Below the pieces are notes generated by a model that was not told the DNA's origin, did not search any database, and saw only the letters and a list, made by a program, of their open reading frames with translations. DNA of 64,000 bases from positions 160,001 to 224,000 of the forward strand of contig JAHQWK010000002.1 in NCBI GenBank assembly GCA_029856145.1. The letters are read 5' to 3'. A program made the position numbers and the translations under genes. Below are positions 1-9,600 of the stretch, piece after piece. Source of the DNA: Promethearchaeia archaeon (GTDB lineage Archaea; Asgardarchaeota; Lokiarchaeia; Sigyniarchaeales; SOKP01). The number at the start of each line of letters is the position of its first letter. The stretch's first letter is position 1.

Positions 1-90
1 TTTTGTTGTAGCAAATCCAAATTTCAAAGTATCTGAGGCCCCAATTATTGCAATTGATTTAGGGTGAAAGAAAACATCCAATTCTGACAT
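1..90 (-). CDS. ADP-forming acyl-CoA synthetase / acetate-CoA ligase family protein, N-terminus only (runs off the window)
   Basis: Manual translation from ATG at 90 gives MSELDVFFHPKSIAIIGASDTLKFGFATTK, matching the 'L..FF.PKSIA.IGAS' start of the CoA-binding domain. Confidence 0.8.
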   Translation of the reverse strand, partial: MSELDVFFHPKSIAIIGASDTLKFGFATTK

Positions 91-255
91 AAAATCAACC
101 ATTATAAAATGAGATTTGAATTAATAAGTATAATTGGAATAAATGATTATTGAACTTAAAGATTCGGTCATAACCAATAAAATAACTAAGTTTAAATATA
201 ACATTTTAGAGAAGGTAATAATACCAAAATTTAAATTTTTGAGATAGGGATTCTA

Positions 256-795
256 ATGCCAAATTTTATTAGGACAAATAAGATTCAAGTTATCTGTCCA
301 ATTTGTAAGACGAGAGATATTGTCGGTATACCTCCTTCAAGATTAAATAACAAATCTCAATTAACTACAATTTCAGTCCATAAAGGGTTAATTTGCCCTC
401 ATCACTTTCAATTTTTTATGGATAAAAATTTTCAAATTCGAGGATATCAAAAAGTGGATTTGGAATTAAATCAAGAAAACTCAAGAAATTTAAGGAATGG
501 TGTAAAAGCGTTTAATCTATCTGAGAAGAGTAGTAATGATCTTTTTGAAAAGCTAATACTTGATGGAGATAGAGTTAAATTTCACCCTCTTAATAGCGAT
601 AAAAACATGGAAGCAAGGAGTTCAAAACAAAATATTATCTCAAAAAGGAAAAAGATGACTTCAAAAGAAATTTATGAAGAATTTTGGGAATTTATTGACG
701 ATGATAATGAAAATTTTCTTGAATTTATTATGAATGATAAAAGACGGACAAAAGCTCGAATCAATTCTAATATAAGTGAATGTATAACCATATAG
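256..795 (+). CDS. hypothetical protein with N-terminal Cys/His zinc-finger-like motif
   Basis: 179-aa ORF with CPIC...CPHHF and FMDKNFQIRGYQ; pattern recalled from Lokiarchaeia hypothetical proteins. Confidence 0.65.
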   Translation: MPNFIRTNKIQVICPICKTRDIVGIPPSRLNNKSQLTTISVHKGLICPHHFQFFMDKNFQIRGYQKVDLELNQENSRNLRNGVKAFNLSEKSSNDLFEKLILDGDRVKFHPLNSDKNMEARSSKQNIISKRKKMTSKEIYEEFWEFIDDDNENFLEFIMNDKRRTKARINSNISECITI

Positions 796-1026
796 AATTA
801 GAATCCTGAAATTCAATATGAGAATTCTCTTTAATTTATTGATTTTTACATCTATTCTAAAATATTATTTCAACCTTTAGAAATGAAACATAATTTCTAT
901 AAGAAAAAATCATCGTTTGTATGAAAAGGATATAAGAAAATTTAAAATTCAGTACTTAATTTTCCAAAATAATAATTTTAAATATAAAAATCAAAAATTT
1001 GAAGATTAATTAAGAGGTTGGAAATT

Positions 1027-2540
1027 ATGAGTTATAAACTTCCTACAGAGAAGGACCTTGATGCTATGATCGGCATTGTGGGTAAAGAATACGCTACAAA
1101 TAACAAAGCGATTACTGCGTCTTACCTGGCGAAATCAGTAATGGGTTTAGAAATCTTTTATTCAAAATCGGATAATGACTAAAGAGCCAAATCCCTGATA
1201 TCGTCATTCGACCTAAATTCGTTGAAGAGATTCGCAAAATCTTAATATATTGTTCCGCGGAGAAAATTGCAGTAAGTCCGGTCTCGGGGGGATTGTCTGG
1301 TGGGTTTTCGTGCCCAACAATCAAACCTGGCGGAGTGCTCCTTGATTTAGGAAGAATGAATAGAATTATTGAAATTGACGAGGAAAATCGATATTGTATC
1401 ATAGAACCAGGGGTTACAAACGGTGAACTTTGGGCTTATATGCACAAAAACCACCCAGATTGGGCCCCTCCTATTCCTGATGGTGCTCCTCCTGCAGCAA
1501 CCGTTATGGGAGACGCAATAGATCGTGGATTTTCATTGTATACATCTTCAGTAGGTCCACAAGGAGATAATTTTATGTGTGGAGAAATTGTTTTTCCAAA
1601 TGGAGATGTGGTACGAACTGGTTCATGGGCGCTTCCTTTTGCAAAACCTTTCTATAAGTATGGACTAGGGCCTGATATGTGGTCATTTCTAATGGGCAGT
1701 CAAGGTGCACTTGGAGTAGTTACTAAAGCGGCTGTTAAAATATATCCTCACCCCAAATATAAAACAGTTGTAGTGTGGGGGATGTCAAATCCTTATGATA
1801 TGCAAGATTTAACTCTTGAAATTGCAAAACAAGAATTCGGAATTTCTCATAACACAGTAATGGTTCAAGGAGGGAATTATCCTTTAGTAATGGCTCGTTG
1901 GCCTAAAGATAAAGTTCCCCATGATTATAAGTTCTTTGAAGGTTTAGGAATTCCAGAATGGTGGATGAATTGGGAATGTTGGGCTCAAACTCAAGAAGAG
2001 TTGGACTATGTAGTTAATAGAATTAATAGTATGGCAGAAGATTTTAAAAAAAGAGCAAAAGATCCTGATGCTATAAAACCTCAAGAACTTCATCCTAAGC
2101 AAATCGCAAGCAGAATGAAAAAACCAAACAAAATCGCAATTCCTTACAGTTTTTGGGAAGCTGGCTTTTTATTTATCACATGGTATACTCCATGGCCGGA
2201 ATGTGGACACTTTGCTGATATGTATTGTAAAGCTATGGAAAAGTATGGATTTCCACCAGTTATGTGGATAGCAAGTATTGAACGGTGTAGACAAGCAATT
2301 TGTATGCCAATCGTCTGTTTTGATTCCACTAAGCAATCAGATTTAGAAAAGGTTCAAGAGATGAATAGAGAAACAACTGAATATGCTCTTAAGCAAGGTT
2401 GGTTAAATTACAGACCAGATCCATACATTCATATCCAAGCTTATTATCAAGCGGGGATGTATTGGAAATATTTAAGAGCCTTTAAGAAACTCGTAGATCC
2501 TAATATGATAATGCATCCAGGAAGACTAGCTCTTCCATAA
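1027..2540 (+). CDS. FAD-binding oxidoreductase (FAD_binding_4, GlcD/D-lactate dehydrogenase-like), two exons 1027-1152 and 1185-2540, predicted 493 aa
   Basis: GAGG SD then ATG 1027 (MSYKLPTEKD...VMGLE), in-frame TAA at 1180-1182. A second frame from 1185 reads SQIPDIVIRPKFVEEIRKIL and continues into the 1293-2540 ORF (LDLGRMNRIIEID, IEPGVT, GSQGALGVVTK, DPNMIMHPG). A BHB intron joins the two frames. Confidence 0.88.
1153..1184 (+). other. putative 32-nt BHB (tRNA-endonuclease-type) intron in an mRNA
   Basis: Central helix UUAG(1147-50)/CUAA(1179-82), bulges AAA(1151-53) and AGA(1183-85), inner UC/GA plus UUAUUC/GGAUAA stem, outer GGU/GCC. Cleavage after the 2nd nt of each bulge restores the reading frame. 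Confidence 0.8.
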
Positions 2541-2560
2541 ATAAAGGAGGTTAATAAAAA

Positions 2561-3982
2561 ATGGCTAAAACAGGAATGGAAAGATTAGAAGAATTGAAAA
2601 AAGATATTTATAAATGTATTCACTGTAAGGCATGCAGATTCGCTTATTCTGGCGAACCTGACAGAGAGGGAATAGGAGAATATGCAGGAAAGCAAAGTAC
2701 TGTACTTTACGAAGGAATGGTAGACGCTTGTCCGGCAGGTATTGAGTATGGATGGGAAGCTTTCTGGAATGCAGGTAAAATGTGGATTGCCCGATCAATT
2801 TTAAGCGGGGACTTAGAATTTAGTGATGAAGTTAGGGATGTCATTCTACCATGCATTACGTGTGGTCAATGTTCAGCTCAATGTGATAATAAAATTCGTA
2901 CTGTTGATATTATAGAGTCTTTAAGAGCAGCATGTATAGAATCTGGAGTGCCAATGATAGAAAAACATGAATTAGTAGACAAACTAGTGAAAGAGCGAAA
3001 TAACCCATACGGTGGTGCTGCTGCTGATAGATTTAAATGGGCTAAAGATGCCGGCCTGGAGAAATTTATCAATAATAAAGATGCGAAAATTGCATATTAT
3101 GTAGGATGTACTGCAAGTTACCGTCAAATAGAGGTTGCTGTTGCGACTGCCAAATTATTCGAGCTATTAGGCATGAATTTCACGCTAGTTGCAGACGAAG
3201 TATGTTGTGGAAGCCCATTTTTCAGGATAGGAGCAGTTGATACCGCACAGGGATTAATGAGGAAAAATCTTGAAGCTTTCAAGAATATGGAAATGGTATA
3301 TTTCAGCTGTGCTGGGTGTTATAGAACGATTACCATTGATTACCCAAAATGGATGGCTGAAGACGAAGAACTTCCTTTTAAAACACAGCATGCATTTGAA
3401 CTAGTAACAAGGTTAGTCCAACAAGAGAAAATCAAATTCAAACCAAATAAGGAATTAAAAGGAAAGGTGGTTACCTATCATGATCCCTGTCATACTGGTA
3501 GACATTTTGCTGTTGATATGGAACAAGATATTATCGCAAAATCTAAGAACCTTTTGATGGATAGCCGTAAAATCAAGAAAGCAATTGAAGAGTGGTATGA
3601 AGTTCCACGTGTCATTCTAAGAAAACTTGAAGAGGACGTAGGAATTAAATTTAATGAGATGTACCGTATAAAGCTTGATAGTATGTGTTGTGGTGCTGGT
3701 GGAGGAGTAAGAGCAGGATATCCAGAATTTTCTCTCAGAACCGCCAGTTTGCGATGTGACGAGGCAAATGCTGTTGGAGCAGACATTTTAACAACCGAAT
3801 GTCCCTTCTGTTGGAGAAATCTCTACGATGCCAATGAAATGTACAATCACGGTATGGTTGTTATGGGTGTTCTTCAAATGATTACAGAATATAATCTTTT
3901 GGATATTTTAGAGAAGCCCAAAGAAGAAGATTTCTTAACACCATCTATTAGAGAGGCAATGGAAGAAGAACCTAAAAAATGA
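2561..3982 (+). CDS. Fe-S oxidoreductase, GlcF/HdrD-like (two 4Fe-4S motifs plus two CCG domains)
   Basis: CIHCKAC...CP, CITCGQCSAQC, YYVGC, VCCGSP, SCAGC, YHDPCH, CCGAGGG, ECPFC; GGAGG SD; starts 20 nt after the FAD subunit (operon). Confidence 0.92.
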   Translation: MAKTGMERLEELKKDIYKCIHCKACRFAYSGEPDREGIGEYAGKQSTVLYEGMVDACPAGIEYGWEAFWNAGKMWIARSILSGDLEFSDEVRDVILPCITCGQCSAQCDNKIRTVDIIESLRAACIESGVPMIEKHELVDKLVKERNNPYGGAAADRFKWAKDAGLEKFINNKDAKIAYYVGCTASYRQIEVAVATAKLFELLGMNFTLVADEVCCGSPFFRIGAVDTAQGLMRKNLEAFKNMEMVYFSCAGCYRTITIDYPKWMAEDEELPFKTQHAFELVTRLVQQEKIKFKPNKELKGKVVTYHDPCHTGRHFAVDMEQDIIAKSKNLLMDSRKIKKAIEEWYEVPRVILRKLEEDVGIKFNEMYRIKLDSMCCGAGGGVRAGYPEFSLRTASLRCDEANAVGADILTTECPFCWRNLYDANEMYNHGMVVMGVLQMITEYNLLDILEKPKEEDFLTPSIREAMEEEPKK

Positions 3983-4016
3983 GCGAATTGCTCGTTTAAA
4001 CTTTATTTTTTTTTTT
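3977..4016 (+). terminator. hairpin plus oligo-T, probable terminator of the oxidoreductase operon
   Basis: AAATGAGC/GCTCGTTT inverted repeat over the stop codon, followed by a T tract at 4006-4016. Confidence 0.5.
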
Positions 4017-4177
4017 GATTTTTGCTATTACAGAATTTTAGTTTCTGAATAAATTAATTTTTATTAAAGAAGAGAAGTAAGATATATATGAGAAACACGT
4101 GTTATTCTACTTTATAGATATTAATTACTTAAAACTTATCATATAAATAGAAACTAATTAACATTAAGTGAAATCAC

Positions 4178-5683
4178 ATGGATTTGAGAAGTAATCTAAG
4201 AAAATATCTTCCTCTAATTGGATTCATTTTACTTATAGGACTCGTTCTTTCGTCGTGGATAATATATCTTCCGAATATTCCTGAAAAAACACCAAGGCTT
4301 GCAAAAAGAAAAGCAATTATCCTATGTAGCGCAAATGATTTTTATGGTAGTGAATCTGAAGATGAATTTAATGGGAGCCCAGATGCTAATTTTACAACAA
4401 ACACAGGTAATTGGTTTTTTACAGACAGTGAGACAAATAGTTTTCATGAATGGACTTCATTTGGAAATGAAACTTTAGGATCTTTATATATCAAACCTAT
4501 AGGACCTGGTTTGATTAATGCTAGTCTAACATATAATTGGACTTATCCTTTATATGAATACGCGCTCTATAACATCTCTGTAAGTGTCCAAATTAATGAA
4601 ACAGGGAATTTTGTAGGAAAAGGTGCTCGTATTGGCATACAATGGTTAGATTCAAGTGATATCCTAGTTAGAACTGATTGGTCGACTTATCTTAATGCTA
4701 CAGGAAATAAATGGAGGAATATTAACATGGGTGGAGTATGCAACAATGAAACGGAAAATGAGTTATTTAAAATGAAGTTGATATTAGCTTTTGAAGGTGA
4801 TTTTGTAGGAGCTGGTCCAACAGATAGTGTGCATTATGATGATGTTATAGTCGATCGATTAATACAAGTCAATTTAACTGATCCAACCGATCCGCCTCCA
4901 GATGGAAAAATAAATTCAGATGGATTTCCTGCTCAGGCACTTCAAGTTTATTGGATTTTAAAAGATCATGGATATACAGATGATAATATATTTTTAATGC
5001 TTTACCATACTGGAGACGATGTAATAGATATCGATGTGTTTGATATTTACACTAATGATTTAAATAGATCTGGAGTTCTTGCTGATATTGATGTTGAAAA
5101 TGACGATGTGAATGCAAGTAGGTTTAAACAAGAATTGGATATATCTAATCCAGAGTCATTTGCCTCAAGTATTCGTGCTAAAGATCAATTGATAATTTTC
5201 ATGACAGATCATGGGTCAAACGCAGTTCTTCCGGACAAAAACGCTACATTCCATTTCGAGGCAGATAATAGTTATATTAACGAAACAGAATTTTACGATT
5301 TAGTGAAAGAAATAACTTGCGAGAGAATGTTGATTTGTGTGGATTGCTGTTTTAGTGGTAATTTCCTAAATGAAAATAAAAACATTGGGCAAAGTTGGTA
5401 TGATTTACCTAATTGTATTCTGATCAGCGCAGCATCAAATGTTTTATCTTGGTATTGGATTAACAATAAGAATCCAGATGGTTTCGCGGGATCATGGTTT
5501 TTTCATCCATTTTGGGAACAATTAGATTTGAATCAAACTATAATGTCAGCTTATAATTTTGCATTAGGATTTATTCCTAGTATTAATTTTCCAAAACCTG
5601 TTGCCATTATTCAGAATCCATTGATGAAAGATAATTTAGGAATAAATGATACATGGAGTTTTGATAGCGATCCTCAATTATAA
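4178..5683 (+). CDS. membrane-anchored clan CD cysteine peptidase (C13 legumain/GPI8-like) with an inserted beta-rich domain
   Basis: N-terminal TM; KAIILCSAN; QALQVYWILKDHGYTDDNIFLM; catalytic dyad motifs FMTDHG and VDCCFSG. Confidence 0.75.
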   Translation: MDLRSNLRKYLPLIGFILLIGLVLSSWIIYLPNIPEKTPRLAKRKAIILCSANDFYGSESEDEFNGSPDANFTTNTGNWFFTDSETNSFHEWTSFGNETLGSLYIKPIGPGLINASLTYNWTYPLYEYALYNISVSVQINETGNFVGKGARIGIQWLDSSDILVRTDWSTYLNATGNKWRNINMGGVCNNETENELFKMKLILAFEGDFVGAGPTDSVHYDDVIVDRLIQVNLTDPTDPPPDGKINSDGFPAQALQVYWILKDHGYTDDNIFLMLYHTGDDVIDIDVFDIYTNDLNRSGVLADIDVENDDVNASRFKQELDISNPESFASSIRAKDQLIIFMTDHGSNAVLPDKNATFHFEADNSYINETEFYDLVKEITCERMLICVDCCFSGNFLNENKNIGQSWYDLPNCILISAASNVLSWYWINNKNPDGFAGSWFFHPFWEQLDLNQTIMSAYNFALGFIPSINFPKPVAIIQNPLMKDNLGINDTWSFDSDPQL

Positions 5684-5830
5684 ATCTATTTTTTTAATCC
5701 TTTTTTGTTAATTTAGTAGTGAACTCTTTGATTATATTGAGTTTTTTAGATATTTACTATTTTCTTCACTTAAATTTATATTACAATTAGAATTTATTCT
5801 AAAATAATAATGTACAAATAAAAGGTCATA

Positions 5831-6475
5831 ATGAAAGTAGTGTTTAAAAGACATAACAATGGACTAGTTTTTAATTTAATTATCTTCATAACACTTCTTT
5901 TAATAGGTGTAAATTCTCAAGTTTACAATGATTTAGGTAATCAAGAAGATAAAGGGGATACTATTAGCAATAAAGAAGCATTATTTATTACTCAGGGTCC
6001 TACTAATGATACTACCGCTCCAGTTATTACATTCATTCAACCAGACATGAATAATACTATAATAAGGATAAAATCTTACACAATAAAAGTAAATATCACC
6101 GATGAGAATCCACCACTTTTTGGGAATGTAACTTTTCAGATCTCAAATTTTACAAACTTTTTATTTAATGCCACAATGAATTACGACGGAGGAAATCAAT
6201 GGAGTTTTAATTGGGATAATATTAGTTTATATCCAAATCGATTTTATAAAGGGTATATAATCCAAATTCTAGCTAAAGATTCCTCATCAGATGAAAATCT
6301 TGGAATGACGGGAGATTTTTATATTTATCTAAATGTACCTGGAGTAACTCCAGGGATATTAAATTTATTTATCTATATTTCAGTAGTTTGTTTTACCCTT
6401 GCTGCAATAATAGTCTACTTAAACAGAAAGGTTCTTCGTAAAATTTCAGACAAAAAAACAGGAGATACTAAATGA
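5831..6475 (+). CDS. secreted/surface protein with Ig-like domain and C-terminal TM anchor
   Basis: Signal-like N-terminus; DTTAPVITFIQP; several N-x-T/S sequons; VPGVTPG followed by TM and basic tail. Confidence 0.7.
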   Translation: MKVVFKRHNNGLVFNLIIFITLLLIGVNSQVYNDLGNQEDKGDTISNKEALFITQGPTNDTTAPVITFIQPDMNNTIIRIKSYTIKVNITDENPPLFGNVTFQISNFTNFLFNATMNYDGGNQWSFNWDNISLYPNRFYKGYIIQILAKDSSSDENLGMTGDFYIYLNVPGVTPGILNLFIYISVVCFTLAAIIVYLNRKVLRKISDKKTGDTK

Positions 6476-6679
6476 ATCTATGAATATTAAATATTGTTTC
6501 TTTAATCTATATTTTGAATAATATACGATATTTAAGCTAAACAAAAATCCGAGAAATTTCTGTAAATTCTTTAATTATAAATATTTCTAAATATAAGATT
6601 TTCAATTCCAAAAAAATAAATGCTAAAATTTTCATTAATAACAAAACATAAAATAACGATTTTAGGAGTATTTTAAATA

Positions 6680-9600
6680 TTGATTAATGTGGACGATAAA
6701 TCTGCTTATCCTTATATAACGAAATTTAAAAAAGAGCCTTTTAAATCATTTATAAATATTAAAAGGAAAGACATTAAAAGTTTTTACTATAGAAATTATG
6801 ATAAATTGATTGAATTCTATCAACACTTTAATCAAAACCTATTAAGAGTTCCCCAATTAAATTTGGAAGTTGTTCATTGGTTCTTATTACTTAGGAAATA
6901 TCTCAAAGAAGATAAAAGAGTAAATAGAGAAGAAATATTTAAATTTATAAAGAAATGTGAAGTTCATCAATACGAAAGCGTAGGATTCAAATTTTCTCCT
7001 TACTCTGATAAAATTCCTGACATTTATTCTACTTATTTAGCTTTATCTTGTCTTAAAAATCTAGGACTTTTAAAAGAATATCTAACTTCTGAGAAACAAA
7101 CCCAAATTAAAGGAGAAATTAAAAATTTCGTCTTGGCACACAAGAAAGGTAATAATTTTTTACATTGCCAAGATAAGGAATGTGAAACGTGTAAAAATTG
7201 TCAACCTGCTAGAATATTGTATTATGTATTGGAAATCTTCTCACTTTTAGGTGTTGATGTTCGTACTAATAGAGATAAATTTCGTTCATATCTCAGTGAT
7301 AGAAAAAAAGACTCTTCATTAATTTTTAGACTTTTATGCCTTAAACACTTAGATCTTGATTCCGAAGTTAAAGACAAAGAATTACAATTCCTTCAACAGC
7401 AGCAAAAAGAAAGTGGCGGATTTGGGTTTAATCAAGAAGCTAATATTAGTATCACTTTCTGGCTAGTTTACATTCTTGAATCATACTCATGGTTATTAGA
7501 CTATAATACCACAGGTATATATTCTTATATAAATCAGAAATTAGAAGAAAACTTAACTGTTCAAGAACAATGGAATTATGTTAAATTAATAGAAGTTTCA
7601 AGATTAGTTGTTCTTTTATCTTTGATTTGGCAGAAGTTTGTTGATGAAATTGAGAGGGTAGTATTTAAGCAATTAGAAAAAGAAAATTATATTGATATTA
7701 TTCAACTAAAGACTACTTTTGGTTTTGCAGAATATATTGAAGATATAATTTCATATATTAATCTTAACTATAATTTTAATTTAGAGATTATAGATAACGA
7801 GGCTGAATTCAAGAATTATCTTAGTGATCTTAGCCAAGGAAAAAAAAAATACTTCCAAATTTTTTATGACAAACTTAAGAATAATAGTATAATTTCTCTT
7901 ACAGATCTTCTAAAAAAGTACAAAACGTTTAATTATGAACCATTGAGATTAAGGGAAGATGTCTTCCCAATAATCAAAGAAATGGTCGATAGAAGGTTTT
8001 TTATTGGAAATATCAGAACAAAAAAAATTTTCTTAGGTTTTAAGACAAAACACTTATTTTATTTGAATTATCTTCTGAAGAAAATCATATTATCTGATAT
8101 GGATTTGAATACAGAAAGATTATATGAAGAAAAGGAAAAACTTGAAGATATTAAGAATGATATTTATAACATGACTTTAAAATTACAGCAGGTCACCTCC
8201 CAGATACGAGAAGAGATTGAAAGTTATCTTTTAATTGATGAGATTGATTATGCAAGAGAGAGGTTAAAATATATATTAAGAAATGCTTTAATGGAAGCTG
8301 ATTTTTTAAATGAAAATATAGAAAGTTCTTTTAATGAAATTCTTAAATATGTTAACATACAAGCAAGTTTAGGAGCAGAAATCTCTCAATGGAATAAATT
8401 ATATTCTGTTTTACAAAAGAGACTATCAGATGTAGGCGCTTATCTTCAAAGTAAAATTCAAGAAAAAGAAAATTTAAGAAATTTAAATAGTTTATTAGAA
8501 AATCTAAAAGAAAAAGTTGGTATTATAGAAGAAGATTTGAAAAAAAGATTAGATTCTTTCAGAACGCTTTTTTGTGATACTTTTGAGAAGGAATATGATA
8601 ATGAAAAATTAAATCTTATTATCCAAGATTTGGATAAAATGACTCAAAATGTAAGAAAATATGATGAAATAATATTTAACGTATCTCAACAGGTCACTAC
8701 TACGGAAAAGAAAATTGTTAAGAAACATAAAAAGACTATTGATAATTGGATAAAGGTCAAAGATTTTTTCAATGCTGAATTCAATTATTATATTGATGGA
8801 TTCCAACTTTTCAACATTAACTTACAAAAATTTGAGGAAATAAATAAACAAATAAGAACTGATATTAGTGAAATCGGTAAGAAGGCAAAAAGTAAAATAA
8901 TGGCAAATGAATTTCAGGAAGCCTTTAATATTACAAAGAAAGAAACTGATCTCTTATTAAATAAGAGATTAGATGAAATTAAGAAAGTTCAATTAATATT
9001 AAAACAAGAAATAAAAAAAAAGCAAAAGCTCTATATACTTTATCGGCACTTACAAGACAAATTGGAAGTTTTAGAATCCAATGTAATCGAATTATTTACA
9101 AATCATGTAAAGGTTTTAAAGAATAAAATCATAGAAGAAAGAAATCGAAGTAAATTAGAAGATTTTGATAATTTTGTGTCTCAAGAAAGTTCTGATCTCA
9201 AATCTCAATTGAAAACTATAAAAAATAATTTAAACCTTTCTCCTAATTCAACAATTGAGGAAGTTATAAAGACATTCAATACGTTTAATAGCAATTATGA
9301 AAAAATAAATAAGATCTATATAAAAAAATTAAATGATTGTAGTAAAAATATAGACAATTTTAAAGAAAAATCAGAATTAAACATAATTCAATGGGATAAA
9401 TTCAGTGATTTCTTAATCAACGAAATATCAGTTTTAAAAGATGAATATATTAACAATATTATTTCAAGTAAATTAAACATAATGGCTGTTGAGAAAAAAA
9501 CAGATAATATTAAATTAGTTGATTTAAAGGATGAGGTAAAATTATCTTGTAAAGTTCTCATCAATAGATTAAAAGATATGATTGATATTTCAAAAATCAA

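Noticed and set aside
1293-2540. ORF-track start at TTG 1293 for the FAD oxidoreductase
   Set aside because: It begins inside the FAD-binding domain; family-like sequence continues upstream to 1185, and the SD plus ATG are at 1027.
2633-2686. Long hairpin inside the Fe-S subunit gene, within the insert between CxxCxxC and CP
   Set aside because: It has single G.A mismatches rather than two 3-nt bulges around a 4-bp helix, and the ORF is intact.
3497-3551. BHB-like fold (UAGA/UCUA) after HDPCHTGR
   Set aside because: Bulge sizes are wrong, and excision in BHB register (43 nt) would break an intact frame.
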